The notes under the pieces were generated by a model. The model was not told the origin of the DNA and did no database searches. It saw nothing but the letters and a program-made list of their open reading frames with translations. A stretch of 64,000 nucleotides of DNA from Squalus acanthias. Lineage: Eukaryota. The stretch covers positions 95,358,001 through 95,422,000 of the forward strand of contig CM059432.1 in NCBI GenBank assembly GCA_030390025.1. Direction: 5' to 3'. Shown here piece after piece: positions 1 through 11,692 of the stretch; within the stretch, counting starts at the first letter, position 1, and the number at the start of each line of letters is the position of its first letter. Made by a program: the position numbers and the translations under genes.

Positions 1-304
1 CTGCTCCTCCCGGCCCTCAAGGATTGCTCCCCAAGCCTGTCCTCGCCTCACTGCAGCTGCCGGGAATCCTGAGGCCCGGGATCCCCTGCCGGCCACAGGT
101 TAAATCTGAGGCTTTCAGCCTCATTAACATATTTAAAGTGCCAACCCACCTCCTGGGAGCGGGTTGGCTGCCCACCCCATCCCACCTTCGTTAAAACTGG
201 AAGTGGGCAGGTTGGAGGCGGGTTGGGGTTGGGATTCAGATTTTTAACACTTTAACTTCCCACCCGACCTCAACCCACCCATTTTTGGGGTTAAAATTCC
301 CCCC
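1..304. mobile_element. Right end of a GC-rich non-autonomous Harbinger-like MITE
   Basis: Ends in GTTAAAATTCCCCC. The internal sequence (AAAACTGGAAGTGGGCAGGTTGGAGGCGGGTT...TTTTTAACACTTTAAC) recurs at about 5330-5662, 47454-47760 (reverse) and 52100-52334. Confidence 0.7.
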
Positions 305-523
305 TATGTAATTATGTAATTCTACGTAATTTTTGAAAAGTGGTGACTAATATTCTACAAATCTAACCATATCCCCAATAGAAAAGAAACAAAAAAGAAA
401 TTGCTCCTCCTTTTGTTTCACCCTGACTTATAAAACAGTCAGTTAAAATATTCCTTTAATCCATCAGAACCCTGTTATCTTGAAATTGTCAGTTTAGATT
501 CCAGCATGACGCAGCATTGCCGT

Positions 524-591
524 AATCCAATCCCTGGAGACCCAATCCAATCCCTGGAGACCCAATCCAATCCCTGGAGACCCAATCAATC
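524..591. repeat. Tandem repeat, 20-bp unit AATCCAATCCCTGGAGACCC, about 3.3 copies
   Basis: Directly visible near-perfect units. Confidence 0.9.
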
Positions 592-1628
592 CAAGACAGG
601 AATCTTGACTAAAGAAATGAACTAACTTTTGATTATGTAGAGCGCACTGTCATTCGATGTCAAATCAGTTCAAAGTATTGAGAGAAACCTTTCTAAAAAA
701 TAGTCATTCATTGATAGTGGTAAGGCGAGAGGCCTAATTATAAACAATGTAAAGACAGCCTTTACCTCAGTAAAGCAGAAATCTTGAAGAGAGTTAGATG
801 GCTTAACCACATGAACTATTGTGTTAGGAGAGATACGTAGGCTAGTACAGATAATACAGATAATAATGGTTTGTGTGGGAACTGCAGGCATTCACATAAC
901 TTGGCAATTCAATCACATTTTTATCTGATGATGTCATAGAAAATGATAATGGTAAAGTTTTGGATTAGCATCACACCTGATGCTGCTAAAATCAGCAATT
1001 GGTCCAGGCTCCAGAGAAAAGAACAAAACAGAATCAAAAGCAAATTAGCTGGAAGACAAAGAGGTGTTAATGGAAATAATTGCACTCTGTTGTAAATACT
1101 GATTTAAAATGCATTATTTCACTTAGGACTTTGACATATTACAAATTGTAATACAGAGGAACTTTTATGCATTTGCCAAGATTTGCTAGGCACTGAGCAT
1201 CACCCTCCTTTGCTGATACACTTTAAAAAAAATGTTGTTGGTATGATAAGTTACTCACATGTAAAAAGATTGACAGCTGATTAACTGACAACCGAACTAA
1301 AGGGTTACCTATAGATACTGGTGTTGCTTTTCCTTATGAAAAAATTAACATTGTGTACTGTCAACTGCTTGTTTTATATTTTATGTTACTGTAGCAGCAT
1401 ATAAAGACAGCACCACATATACAGTGAAACCTGTAAATTACGGACACCTAAGGGACTGGCATCAGCTGTCCTTTTTTTGCAGGTGTCCTTATTTTCAAAA
1501 AGGTCATTGTATGTACTGTAAACACTTTCCCAACAATCTTGAAGAACCAGCTGAGATTATGATCAGCTGCAACAATGCTAAGAACTTAAGTTTGGAAGCA
1601 GATATAATAACAAAACTGATGCACCAAG

Positions 1629-1747
1629 CAATGTTCCCCCTAATTTTTTTTGGGTGCGCAGCCCATTCACAATTTCATGCATGCGCGAAATTTAACATGG
1701 GAAAAGCCAGTCCCGGGCTGCGGCCGCGCAGCTTAGAGGGAACGTTG
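1629..1747. mobile_element. hAT-type MITE (119 bp)
   Basis: TIRs CAATGTTCCCCCTAA / TTAGAGGGAACGTTG. 8-bp flanks GCACCAAG and GTGCCAAG fit a decayed TSD. Confidence 0.75.
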
Positions 1748-2099
1748 GTGCCAAGTACAGTACCGGTACAGTGGAACCTGTTTCTAACGACACTCTCAGA
1801 TGATGGACAACCGTATCGCGTGGGGTTGGGTGCATGCACATTTTCTGGCTTGCGTTATCAACAAGGTTGCTTTTGGAAGCAGGGATAGCAGCTGCAGGGA
1901 TGATTCAAATCCCGATACCGGCATGGACAAAAAGGAATCCAGTAACAATCCATCGGTCATCACGATCTCAGACTTAGATACAGTACGTACTTTGAACATT
2001 TTAAAGTGTAACGTCAGGCTGTATCCCGTGTTTTAAGTTCTAAAAGGGCTTGGTGCATTGAAGGTTGTCCGTGGTTCGTAATTTGTGAGTGTCTGCGGT

Positions 2100-3372
2100 T
2101 TCAGAGTACCTCTTGTCTATTTTACAATGTAAGTTATTTGGTCCTCCCCTTTGTAAGACTGGAGGCTTCATGTGTAGTCCTTGTTGCACAACAAAGTTAT
2201 GCAGCATGCAACACACCATGGTGATACAAATTGCTCTTTCTTTGTGGTATTGGGGAAGCCTCCAGAACTGTCCAAGCCTCAAGATTCTAATGGTTTGCTT
2301 AATGAGGACTCTCAATGAAGCATGGATTTAATTATATCTGTATTACATTGCTGAGTGTGGATTTCTGACAGCCAGGTCTTCAAGAAACCATCCTTGAATT
2401 TACTATGCAAGGTCAAACAATGGAACCATGGAGGACTGGATTAAGATAAATGTGTCACATCAGATGCCAGGAAAGCGAGTACAGACCTGTATGATACATT
2501 GGTGGTCATTATGGATCAGTTGTATGTCGATGGAATAGAAACCCTTATGATTTATGAAGGTGGCAGCATTGTGCGTAGGAACACACAGGGTGACTTGCAC
2601 TTGGTGAATCTTGCAATCTATGTGAACCCCAGAATCTTATCTTGCTGTTTCAAGATATCCATGGGGAAAATGATGAAGTTGTTTTCTCTGAACAACATTC
2701 AATCACCACCTTGATACTTGCATGGACTCTAAATTGTCTGATATTACTGATGTCCCTTGTGGCAGCCTGTGGCAAAAAAAGTTCAGGGCCGGCATCCCCT
2801 TGGCTGCAACATGAGTCTGTCACTGCCTCCCTGGAGAAGCATAGCCTCCTTGTGCATTGCTCCTCAGGAAACTGCTCTTATTTTCGTCATGAGTTATACA
2901 CTTGGTTGAAAGGGTAAGAGCTGTGTGCCTCATTCCTTCCCCTGCGACTCTCAGTATGCTAAATACAGTGGGATTCTAAGAAAAACCCTCATAGAAAAAA
3001 AGGCTATGCTTCCTGCTTAAATTATGGCCACAAAATCCAGTGGCAAAACACCCTTCACAGAGATAGCCCATACCATACAACAAGATACCTGTAGACATTT
3101 TTAAAGAATAATTTAAATACAATACCTGGAATAGTTTGCTAATCCCTTTAATTAACATTTGAAACTGTTGCCTGACCTCTTTTACTGCCCTTTTACTGTT
3201 TGTGGGAAAGACCAGGAAATGGCATTACGGAGGTCCAATGGTCAGGAAATAGCAGTGTTGTTACAATGATGTCACTTGACATTGATTTAAATATATTAAT
3301 GAGGTTCCCACCTGTTTCAGACAGGAACTTGTTGCAAAGCTAAATTCCCTCTTCCTCATGGAAAATTGGGCC
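2100..3372 (-). mobile_element. PIF/Harbinger transposase (HARBI1-like DDE) relic
   Basis: Minus-strand remnants KGFYSIDIQLI..QVCTRFPG and LPQYHKERAICITMVCCMLHN match Harbinger motifs NRKGFHSINVQ..ARWPGS and LQY..CC.LHN. TIR-like GAAAATTGGGCC ends at 3372. Confidence 0.7.
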
Positions 3373-3429
3373 GCACCAAAATTAGACAGAAAGTGGCTGG
3401 GACAAAATTATGCTCAATTTCTTGACTGA

Positions 3430-3755
3430 TACTTGCCTATGTTTAACCTGAAGCCTTGAGACTTCATGGAGTTCAGAATCAATGTTGAGAATTCCCAGGT
3501 TCACTCCCACCTGACTGTATGCCACTGTGCCCCCACCGTTGGGTCTGTCCTGCCAATGGGACAGGACATACCAAGATATGGTGATGGAGGAATCGGGGAC
3601 ATTGGCTGTTGGGAATGATTCTGTGAGAATGACTATGTCAGGCTGTTGCTCGATTAGTCTGTGGGACAGCTCTTCCAACTTTGGCACTAGTCCTTAGATG
3701 TTAGTGAGTAGGACTTTGCAAGGTCAACTGGGCTGGATGTGCCTTTGTCATGTCT
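3430..3755 (-). mobile_element. LINE-B apurinic endonuclease N-terminal fragment
   Basis: PKLEELSHRLIEQQPDIVILTES...WQDRPNGGGTVAY; same sequence as 16250-16570. Confidence 0.8.
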
Positions 3756-3912
3756 TGGAGTAGTCACTTCTTCCTTAGTGTTCTGCACTATGGAGCTTCA
3801 TCTACAATATAAAACAGTATATATTGCAAAACACTATGTAATTGTTTGTACCTCTGTGCTTTTTCTGAGGTCTTGTAAGAATTGAGACTAACATGTCAAC
3901 ATGACTTATAGA

Positions 3913-4074
3913 ATGGAAACTCTTGCAAAATTTATCGTTTTGCTTATCTTCCTTTCTAGTGTTTCTGGGTCTGTAACAATACATCATAAAACAGCAGAAA
4001 ATAAATACAGAATAGGCATTTTTAATAAATATTTTGGGTGCAAAGTAGGAGGTCACAATACCTTTAGATGCTGG
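3913..4074 (+). CDS. Candidate first coding exon of a secreted protein (unverified)
   Basis: ATG in good context (AGAATGG). METLAKFIVLLIFLSSVSG looks like a signal peptide, and a GTAAAC donor follows ...FRCW. No recognised homology. Confidence 0.2.
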
Positions 4075-4670
4075 GTAAACACTAACGTTGAACTGGCCAA
4101 GGTTAATTGTACAAATGCACATGCAGGTGTTTTGCAACACTACAGAAAATTCTGTAATTTAGAGGGTGCTATAAAGGTCACCTAGTTCAGTAAGGTAAAC
4201 ATGGAATAGTACAGGTATCAGTACATTGCTTCCTCAGGGCAGATATCTTAGTCAGTAAAACATTGTTGAAGTTAATCGTTACCTGTGCTTACTAGTAGGT
4301 TTCTACCAGTTGGTTCAGCTGTATTTTAACTCCCCTGTATTTCTTCTCCCTCAGTCAAGTGGTTTTGCTTTAGACCATCGGTTACCGTCTGTCTGAGGAT
4401 GAACGCTTCCCAACAACCTAAATATTTTTGAAATCTGGAGATCTGGAATCAGATGACATTGTTTCCACTGGTGGGAGGGTTGGTAACTAGAGGACACAGA
4501 TTTAAGAGATTAGCAAAATAACCAAAAGGGAGATGAGGAGATTTCATTGCTGGGGTACTTTCTTAGAGTGACAGGAATCATTCTATGCCGTACTAAAATG
4601 GTTATTCTTCATCTGTGCGCTTTACCAATAAGTGGTACCAATTTATTTGGCTTTGGTAATGGCATTATAA

Positions 4671-4980
4671 GGGCCACAGTAGTGTAGTGGATATGTTACT
4701 GGACTTGTAATCCAGAGAACATGAGTTCAAATCCCACCATGGCAGTTTTAGAATTTTGAATTGCGTTTGAAAATAAATTTGGAAATTTAAAAAAAAAGCA
4801 TTAAAAGTGACCATGAATCTGTTGAATACCCATCTGCTTCACTAATGTCCTATATGGAAGGAAACCTGCCATCCTTACCCAGTCTGGCCTATACATGACT
4901 CCAGTGCCACACCAATGTGGTTGACTCTTAATTGTCCCCTGAAATGGACTAGCAAGCCACTCAGTTGCATGAAACCACAC
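4671..4980 (+). mobile_element. tRNA-derived SINE (LINE-B partner), head and body; tail displaced to about 5872-5910 by nested inserts
   Basis: A box TAGTGTAGTGG, anticodon arm CTGGA-CTTGTAA-TCCAG, B box GAGTTCAAATC. Tail CAATAAATGTTGGCCTTGC...AATAAAAAAA appears at 5878. Confidence 0.75.
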
Positions 4981-4984
4981 AGCG

Positions 4985-5662
4985 CGGGGGGACCCGGGAG
5001 ACGATGGGAAACCCAAAGGTTCGGGTTTCCTGGCACACTGTGGAGTTTTAACTCCACAGCATGCGTGCGACATCAGGGTCGGGTTCCCCACCCGGAATTC
5101 AGCCTGATTGACAGGTTGGCTTCCAGTCGTGTGGGGAACTCGGAGAAGGAGGCTGAAGCAACAGATGGTGGAGGCGGGGCGGGGGGGGTCCAAGCCCGGG
5201 GTGGTGGGGGGTCTGATCCCCGACCTCGGGGCCGAATCGCGATCCGGGAGGGGGTGTGTTCCAGGCCCGGGGGGGGGTCTGATTCCAGGGGCGGGGTGAT
5301 GGTGGGGGAGCTTGGGGGGCTGGGAGGAAGCACTCCTGCTCCTCCCGGCCTACAAGCATTGCTCCGCGAGGCTGAGGCCGCCTCATTGCAGCCACCGGGA
5401 ATCCTGAGCCCTGGGATCCACAGCCGCCTGCAGTAAAACCAGCAAAACAGGTTAAAGTAGAGGTTTCAGGCCTCATTATAATCTGTAACTTGCCAACCGG
5501 CCTTTTGGCAGCGGCAGCCTGCACCCCCCATCACACCTGAGTGAAAGGTGAAAGTGGGCAGGCTGGAGGCGGGTTGGGGTCGGGGTTCACATTTTTTCAA
5601 CTTTTACTTTCCCCCCCCCCCACGCCTCCAACCCACCCGTTCTTACCTCTGAAAATTCCGGC
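4985..5662. mobile_element. GC-rich Harbinger-like MITE (left end unclear)
   Basis: Homologous to 1-304; ends GAAAATTCCGGCC. Confidence 0.65.
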
Positions 5663-5664
5663 CT

Positions 5665-5871
5665 TAATTTCTCCTGCCTTCCACCCTACACAGACCTTCC
5701 CTTTTGTTCTATCCTCCCCTCCCCCCTTTCCCTGCTTCTGCACTTGCTTAAAACCTGTTACATCTCTAATTTTTTCCAGTTCTGACGAAAGGTCATCGAC
5801 CTGCAGCATTAATTTTGATTCTCTCTCTCCACAGATGCTACCTGACCTGCTGAGTATTTCCAGCATTTGCT
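5665..5871 (+). mobile_element. Penelope-like element 3' end (pLTR) fragment
   Basis: Closely matches 31320-31530 downstream of the Penelope ORF; contains CTGACGA-AAGGTCATCGACCT hammerhead-like core. Confidence 0.8.
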
Positions 5872-5949
5872 GATGATCAATAAATGTTGGCCTTGCAATG
5901 AATAAAAAAAGTTATAGCTAAGCCCAATTCTCACCTAGGCTGTTCTTTA

Positions 5950-6108
5950 AATAATTCTTGGGATGTGGCCATTGCTGGTAAGGTCTGCATTTATTGCCTA
6001 TCCCTAGTTGCCCTGAGAAGATGGTGGTGAGTCTTCTAATTGAAACACTACAGCATGCTTTATGCAGCGGTTTGATACAACAAGCAGCTTGCTAGGCCAT
6101 TTCAGAAG
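5950..6108 (-). mobile_element. SINE (LINE-B partner) 3' fragment
   Basis: Reverse complement of GGGCAACTAGGGATAGGCAATAAATGC tail and AAATGGCCTAGCAAGC body. Confidence 0.7.
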
Positions 6109-6231
6109 TATATTACCCCATCTTCGCTCCCTGAAGCCAATGGAAAGGAAAAATCGTCCAGGCTATATAATGGGCGGCTGATCCAATATCGACCGGTTTA
6201 TGCCCTCACCAAAGTTGAAAGTTCCGCCCCA

Positions 6232-7390
6232 GGTAACTATAGACCAATTAGTCTGACGTCAGTTGTAGGCAAACTCTTATAACCCACAATTCAAGATCAA
6301 ATTACTAAGCATTTAGAAATACATAGGTTAATCAAGGACTGCCAGCGTAGATTTGTTAAAGATGAATTGTGCTTGACAAATTTGGAAGATTTTCTGAAAA
6401 AGTGACTGATTGGATAGATAAAGGGAATGCTGTAGATACAGTGCATACAATTTTTCAGAAAGCACTTGATAAGGTGCCTCATGAGGCATATGGTGTAAGA
6501 GGAAATGTAACAGCATGGATATAAAGTTGGTTGATGGACAAGAAATAAAGAGTATGGGTAAATGGATATTGTTTGGAGAAGGATTAGAAGTGGCGTACCC
6601 CTGGGGTTAGTGCTTGGTTCACCTTTGTTCTTGGTATATACAGATGATTTGGACCTGGATATAGGGAACCCAATTTCAAACATTGTAAGTGACACAAAAG
6701 TAGAAGGATTGGCAAAAAGATGAGGAGGCTTCAGGTGAGCAGAATGGACAGTTAGTAGATGTGGATGAGCGGATTGTAACATGGATAAGACTTTGGGACA
6801 ATAAAAAAAAATGAGGAATGGATGTATACACTTAATGATGAGATACTGAAGGGTGTGAATGAACAGAGAGACCTAGAGGTTCAAATACATAATTCTCTGA
6901 AAGTGTGAGTGCAGGTAGATAAAACCATTAAAAAGGCCAATAGAATTTTGGTTTGACAAATGGTGCTTTGAGTACAAGAGTAAAGAAGTAATGATGAATT
7001 TATATATGAATTGTTTAGGCCACAGTTAGAGTACTGTGTGCACTATTGGGCACCTCATTATAAAAAGGACATTAAACCCATGGAGAGTGTACAATATAGG
7101 TTCACCAAGACTATGCCAGGGGGGAAACTATCGTTATGAAAGACTTGAGATATAGGAATATTACCACTGGAGGAGGTGGCTTACTGGGATATTTAATAGA
7201 GGCTATTAAAATTATGAGAGATCTTGATAGAATGAATAGGGAAAGACTGTTTCCTCTGGTTGAGGAGTCAATGATGAGGGGCCATCAATTCAAAGTTGTC
7301 ACTAAAAGAGTGGTTGAGAGAAATGTCTTTACATAGAGGGTTGTTGGAGCATGAAATGTTTTGCCACAGGGAGTGATTGAGTCAGAGACC
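6232..7390 (+). mobile_element. Old degenerate CR1 LINE (RT region); continues at 10653-10720
   Basis: NYRPISLTSVVGK, SGVPLGLVLG and [15 protein letters not shown] remnants with many frameshifts. Confidence 0.85.
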
Positions 7391-10300
7391 AAACTAAACT
7401 AATTTGGCAGGGGGATGGACACCAGATGTAGTATTAGAAAGGAGAAACAAGGTGCACAAAGGATTGGGTCAGTAGGGGAACATTTAGGGAACAGTGATCA
7501 CAGTATCATAAGGTTTAGATTAGCTATGGAAAAGGACAGGGAGCAATCTAGAGTAAAAATATTTAATTGGAGGAAGGCCAATTTCAGTGGGTTGAGAATG
7601 GATTTGGCCCGGGTAAATTGGAATCAAAGATTGGCAGGCAAAACTGTAACCAAACAATGGGCTGTCTTTAAAGAGGAGCTGGTTCGGGTACAGTCTAGGT
7701 ATATTCCCACGAGGGGGAAAGGTAGGGCAACCAAAGTCAGAGCTCCCTGGATGACAAAAGAGATAGAGAGTAAGATGAAGCAGAAAAAGAGCGCATATGA
7801 CAGATGTCAGGTTGAGAATACAAGTGAGAACCAGGCTGAATATAGAAAGTTCAGAGGGGAAGTGAAAAAGGAAATAAGAGGAGCAAAGAGAGTGTATGAG
7901 AATAGATTGGCAGCTAACATAAAAGGGAATCCAAAAGTCTTCTATCGGCATATAAATCATAACCGGGTAGTAAGAAGAGGGGTGGGGCCAATTAGGGACC
8001 AAAAAGGAGACCTACTCATGGAGGCAGAGGGCATGGCTGAGGTACTAAATGAGTACTTTGCATCTGTCTTTACCAAGGAAGAAGATGCTGCCAAAGTCAT
8101 AGTGAAAGAGGAGGCAGTTGAGTTACTGGATGGGATAAAAATTGATAGAGGAAGAATTAGAAAGGCTGGCTGTATTTAAAGTAGGTAAGTCACCACGACC
8201 AGATGGGATACATCCTAGGATGCTAAGGGAATTAAAGGTGGAAATTGCTGAGGTACTGGCCATAATCTTCCAATCCTCCTTAGATACGGGGGTGATGCCA
8301 GAGGACTGGAGAATTGCAAATGTTACACCCTTGTTCAAAAAAGGGTGTAAGGATAAACCCAGCAACTACAGGCCAGTCAGTTTAACCTTGGTAGTGGGGA
8401 AGCTTTTTGAAACAATAATCCGGGACAAAATTAACAGTCACTTGGACAAGTGTGGATTAACTAAGGAAAGCCAGCATGGATTTGTTAAAGGAAAATCGTG
8501 TTTAACTAACTTGATTGAGTTTTTTGATGAGGTAACAGAGAGGGTTGATGAGGGCAATGCGGTTGATGTGGTGTACATGGACTTCCAAAAGGCGTTTGAT
8601 AAAGTGCCACATAATAGGTTTGCCAGCAAAGTTGAAATAAACAGGACAGTGGCTACATGGATACGAAATTGGCTAAGTGACAGGAAACAGAGAGTAGTGG
8701 TGAATGGTTGTTTTTCGGACTGGAGGAAGATGCACAGTGGTGTTCCCCAGGGGTCAGTACTAGGACCACTGCTTTTCTTGTTATATATTAATGACTTGGA
8801 CTTGGGTGTACAGGGCACAATTTCAAAATTTGTAGATGACACAAAACTTGGAAGTATAGTGAACAGCGAGGAGGAGAGTGATAGACTTCAAGAGGACATA
8901 GACAGGCTGGTGGAATGGGCGGACACATGGCAGATGAAATTTAACACAGAAAAGTGCGAAGTGATACATTTTGGTAGGAAGACTGAGGAGATAAATATGA
9001 ACTAAATGGTACAATCCTAAAGGGGGTGCATGAACAGAGAGACCTGGGGGTATATGTGCACAAATCATTGAAGGTGGCAGGGCAGGTTGAGAAAGTGGTT
9101 AAAAAAGCATACGGGGTCCGAGGCTTCATAAATAGAGGCATAGGGGTAAAAATTCACTTGGTTGCGCCTCCCGTTAGCGCCTTAAGAGGGCGCTAATGGG
9201 GCGTTAAGCCGCTAACGCCCGGGCGCAGCGATGTTTGCGCCGCTCGAGAACTTAACTTGACATTGTGTGGCGGCGCTAAAACTTACCGCTGCGACCACCT
9301 GCGCGCGCAGATTGTGACGTCATTCCATGGTGCAACGCCCTTGTGGCGCCCCCACGTGGAAATTGAGTGGCGCCCCCTGCCTTACCGCCTGGCGCTTCCA
9401 ACGACCAGAAGACTGGAACGCTATCAATCGCTGTGGGGCTGGGGGGGGCGCTATTTAAAGGGGGCCTCTTCCTGTCTTTTATTGTTGGTGGCATTTTTTA
9501 ACTACTCATTCTGAGAGAGAGAGGGAGAGACTTCTGGAGAGATTCAACGTTATGTGAAGGAGTTTTGGGTACTGAGCAGCACTTTGCAGGTTCATTTTGA
9601 TTTGCCATTCCTTGTATCGATTTAGCAGAGACTGTGGGAGCTGCACTCTGAGCTCTTTGCCTGGTACTCTCCATTGTTCTTTCCCGCACATTTGATGTGC
9701 AAGTCTCTCCAGGCCGAGATTCAAGGCTGCAATGAACAGGATGTGGATGGAAAGCAAGATTAACCATCCCCTTTAAGAACTGGCCCGTGCCATTGTGTGT
9801 GTGTTCCATTGCTGACTGACATTACATGAGCTTCGCCAGCGCTCTGAGTTAGCGCCTCACTCCTTGGCCTTTGCGCCTTAAGACAGGTGTGCAGCGCCTG
9901 CTTTAGCGCTCCACTCACCTCCCGGGGCGGTAAAAGTGAAGTTTCCTGTCAGTGCCGATAATTAGCGCCAGGCGCTAATATTTGCGTCCGGACGATATTT
10001 GCGCCCCAAATGGGGCGCGACCTAATTTCTACCCCATAGAGTACAAAAGCAAGGAAGTTACGATGAACCTTTATAAAACACTGGTTCAGCCTCAACTGGA
10101 GTATTGTGTCCAATTCTGGGCACCGGACTTTAGGAAGGATGTGAAGGCCTTAGAGAGGATGCAGAAAAGATTTACAAGAATGGTTCCAGGGATGAGGTAC
10201 TTCAGTTACGTGGATCGACTGGAGAAGCTGGGGTTGTTCTCCTTAGAGCACAGAAGTTTGAGAGGAGATTTGATAGAGGTGTTCAAAATCATGAGGGGTC

Positions 10301-10652
10301 TAGACAGAGTAGATAGAGAGAAACTGTTCCCATTGGCAGAAGGGTCAAGAACCAGAGGATACAGATTTAAGGTGATTGGCAGAAGAACCAAAGGCGACAT
10401 GAGGAAAAGCTTTTTTACGCAGCGAGTGGTTAGGATCTGGAATTCACTGCCTGAGAGGGTGGTGGAGGCAGATTCAGTTGTGGCTTTCAAAAGGGAATTG
10501 GATAAGTACATGAAGGAAAAAACTTTGCAGGGCTACAGGGAAAGGGCAGGGAAGTGGGACTAGCTGGAGTGCTCTTGCAGAGAGCCGGCACGGGCTTGAC
10601 TGGCCAAATGACCTCCTTCTGTGCTGTAACCATTCTATGATTCTATGATTCT
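7391..10652 (+). mobile_element. Younger CR1 LINE (ORF2 EN end, RT and 3' tail), interrupted by a MITE at 9143-10035
   Basis: ORFs 7415-8179, 8142-9005 (QHGF, YMDFQKAFDKV, GVPQGSVLGP, FVDD) and 9982-10563; ends in (ATTCTATG)n tail. Confidence 0.95.
9143..10035. mobile_element. Harbinger-like MITE (893 bp) with 3-bp TSD ATA
   Basis: TIRs GGGGTAAAAATT / AATTTCTACCCC. Removal restores CR1 AATAGAGGCATAGAGTACAAAAGC. Confidence 0.9.
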
Positions 10653-11029
10653 ATTGCATCTTTTAAGGGAAAATTGGATAAATATTTGATGTGTAAGAAG
10701 ATACAAGGATATGGATAAAGAGCTGGGCACCCTGTGTGCTCCCTTCTGATCGCGCTCTAATGCTCTTAGGGTGGAGGTCTCTGGGCGTGTAGAGGGTGGG
10801 AGACACGTGCAATGTAGTGCTGGCAATGGGGCCTGACAGATTTCTTCCTCCTCTGCTTCTTGTCATGTCATATCTAAAGGAGGAAAAGAAGAAGTGAGGT
10901 TAGAATGGATTGCTAAACAGCAAAGTTTACAAATTAGTTTCAGTAGAAGGAATTACGAGTGTTACGAATGAGTTCCAAGATGGCTCCTAGGCTGGCAGTT
11001 CCCTAGGGAGCTCCTCACTGCCCACCACT

Positions 11030-11692
11030 TCAATCTTAGAGACAAAGAAGTCCATGAGCTCCTCACACTTGTTGTTGGAGGTGAGGGTGGAAGAGACAGG
11101 GGAGAGGGGTTTAAGAAGACGGTTTGCAGTGGAAAATAGAAGCTGGGTTTATCTTTGCATTCTAGAATGATTCTGGAATAGTGAGCAAGACAAGAGCAGG
11201 ACCCAATAGTGCTTTATGTGGTCCAGCCAGATCTGGCGGTGAATGGCTAAACCAGTTGTCTGCCATATCCGTTCAATTCTGCGTCCCTTGGACCTAAGGG
11301 AGTGAAGATGAGGGCCGTACCAGGGGGATCGGCCAGGATGAGAGAGAGTAATTGTTTTAATAGGGACTAGGGCATGAAAGGGGATGGTGAGGGTGTGGGT
11401 GAGCAGATCGATAGCTGCAGAAATGTCATGGTGAATGGAGGGCCAAAGGCTGGACAGTTGGGATTTCATAAGTGCAGTTGTAAGAGAGTTGGGAGAGAGA
11501 TTTTTCCAGGGGCGGACTCAGAAAGAAGTAGGGTTTGGGGGGCGGGGGGGGGGGGGGGGGGGGGGGGGTCGGGGTAGGTGCGGTGGAAGGGGGATGTTGG
11601 TGGAGAGCGATACGAGGAAGTGGTCAGAGATGGCCTTATCTGCAATTGACACGATGGGAGTAGCAAGACCATGAGAGATGGCAAGGCCAAGG
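11030..11692 (-). mobile_element. L2 LINE upstream ORF2 segment in inverted orientation
   Basis: DKAISDHFLV (EN end) and SPWYGPHLHSLRSKGRRIERIWQTTGL motifs on the minus strand. Confidence 0.8.

Noticed and set aside
1420..2110. Possible Tigger/pogo-like MITE ends (TA-CAGTGAAACC at 1420, TA-CAGTGGAACC at 1767)
   Set aside because: Matching right-hand TIRs could not be established by eye.
4679..4740. tRNA-Thr gene (also 30680 and 26735-26805)
   Set aside because: No proper acceptor stem or oligo-T terminator; these are SINE heads followed by repeat body.
4801..5873. Overlapping Gly/Pro-rich ORFs (also 47553-48255 and 51553-51983)
   Set aside because: Artefacts of GC-rich, stop-poor MITE sequence.
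11536..11575. Long poly-G run giving poly-Gly and poly-Pro ORFs
   Set aside because: Homopolymer expansion inside an L2 fragment; its length may be a sequencing artefact.
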